Assembly (NCBI GenBank): GCA_964016885.1
Contig: OZ024741.1
Span: 23,746,001-23,810,000 of the forward strand
Length of the DNA stretch: 64,000 nucleotides
Direction: 5' to 3'
Source of the DNA: Eledone cirrhosa
Lineage: Eukaryota
This document shows positions 62,999-64,000 of the stretch, in pieces. Each line of letters opens with the position of its first letter. The stretch's first letter is position 1. Made by a program: the position numbers and the translations under genes. Below the pieces are notes generated by a model that was not told where the DNA came from, did not search any database, and saw only the letters and a list, made by a program, of their open reading frames with translations.

Positions 62999-63407
62999 TG
63001 CGATGCTGCATGGCAGTGAGACATGGGCAGCAACTGCAGAGGATATGCGACTGCTGGAGAGAAATGAGGCAAACATGCTCCGTTGGATGTGCAATGTCAG
63101 TGTACATGAACGACCGAGCATGGATGTGTTGAGAGGGATAAGTTGTAGTGTGCGGGAGAGACGACTGTGATGGTATGGACATGTGATGCGCATGGAGGAC
63201 GACCGCTGGGTAAAGAAGTGCCAAAAAATGCCAGTTGAAGGAAGACCACAAAAAACATGGGCGGAGGTGGTGAGAGCAGACCTCAGATCGCTGAAGTTCA
63301 TGGTGGAGATGACGAAGGACCATGACAAGTGGAGAGATGCTGTGCTGAATAGGACCCATCCCACCCTTGCAAGCAGAGAAAAGCGAACGTAAAAATAATG
63401 ATGATGA
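62999..63407 (+). mobile_element. RTE LINE 3' fragment nested in a family B MITE
   Basis: MLHGSETW...GHVMRMEDDRWVKK...GRPQKTW with (gat)n tail; MITE sequence resumes at tctatatatact. Confidence 0.88.
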
Positions 63408-64000
63408 TTCTATATATACTATTATATTTTCACGGTAAAGGCTTTACCTCACATATCGAATCTATGAGATTTTAATATTTATTTTGAGAACACTACCTTA
63501 ACATCAGTATAAATGACCAGTTTGAACAGAAAGAAGTGAGAGAATTCTGGCTGGATACGGTCAGTTGAAATAAAATGAAATGTCAGTGTATGTAGGACTA
63601 CATTATTTAATGTATAAATAAAAAGGTAGGTTGGTTATGGCTGGAATGTCTTCAATAAATAGGTTTTCTGGATCAATACTAACCTGGAGCTAAACAGCAG
63701 TAACAATCAAAACCACTACTACTACTACTACATTATCTCTTCCTTACTTTGTTTTTATCACACACACACATAGATGGTAGACTGTTGTCCAGTTTAATAC
63801 CACCAACTGGTCCTTGAATGCAGAGTTCACTCTGTTGCAAACATTTGGAGTAAGGTCTTTCTCTCTTCTGATCGATTGAAAGCGAATGAGGTTTGGGATC
63901 TTATCAGAGTGGGGTGGACGTCGTCAAATTGGACCAAGGAAACTTTTGTTTCCATTGCTGATACTATCTATCGGTTGCAACTCCTTGGCAGAAGGAGCAA

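Overview
Eukaryotic, AT-rich and repeat-dense animal DNA. The SINE/LINE/microsatellite landscape suggests a coleoid cephalopod such as Octopus; this is an inference. The window holds one complete protein-coding gene on the + strand, a SHC1/Shc-like adaptor (PTB-CH1-SH2). I reconstructed it by hand from 13 GT-AG exons between 9327 and 59940 with consistent phases: 505 aa, or 489 aa without a 48-nt candidate cassette exon. A 5'UTR exon probably lies further upstream. The introns contain RTE, Tx1/L1 and CR1 LINE fragments, two tRNA-derived SINE families, piggyBac-, hAT- and Tc1-type MITEs, a non-autonomous Helitron, Penelope-like fragments with minimal hammerhead ribozyme motifs, and several minisatellites. 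The largest is an 18.7-kb 46/44-bp array, which produces the giant ORFs in the track. Most notable: tandem arrays that multiply splice signals (six copies of a donor; roughly 400 acceptor-like units), antisense hammerhead motifs, a twin-priming-type inversion in an RTE-like insertion, a Tx1 element apparently targeting (ATT)n, satellites seeded from a SINE/LINE tail motif, and a downstream partial exon duplicate that preserves an empty MITE site. I found no CRISPR array or prokaryotic system.
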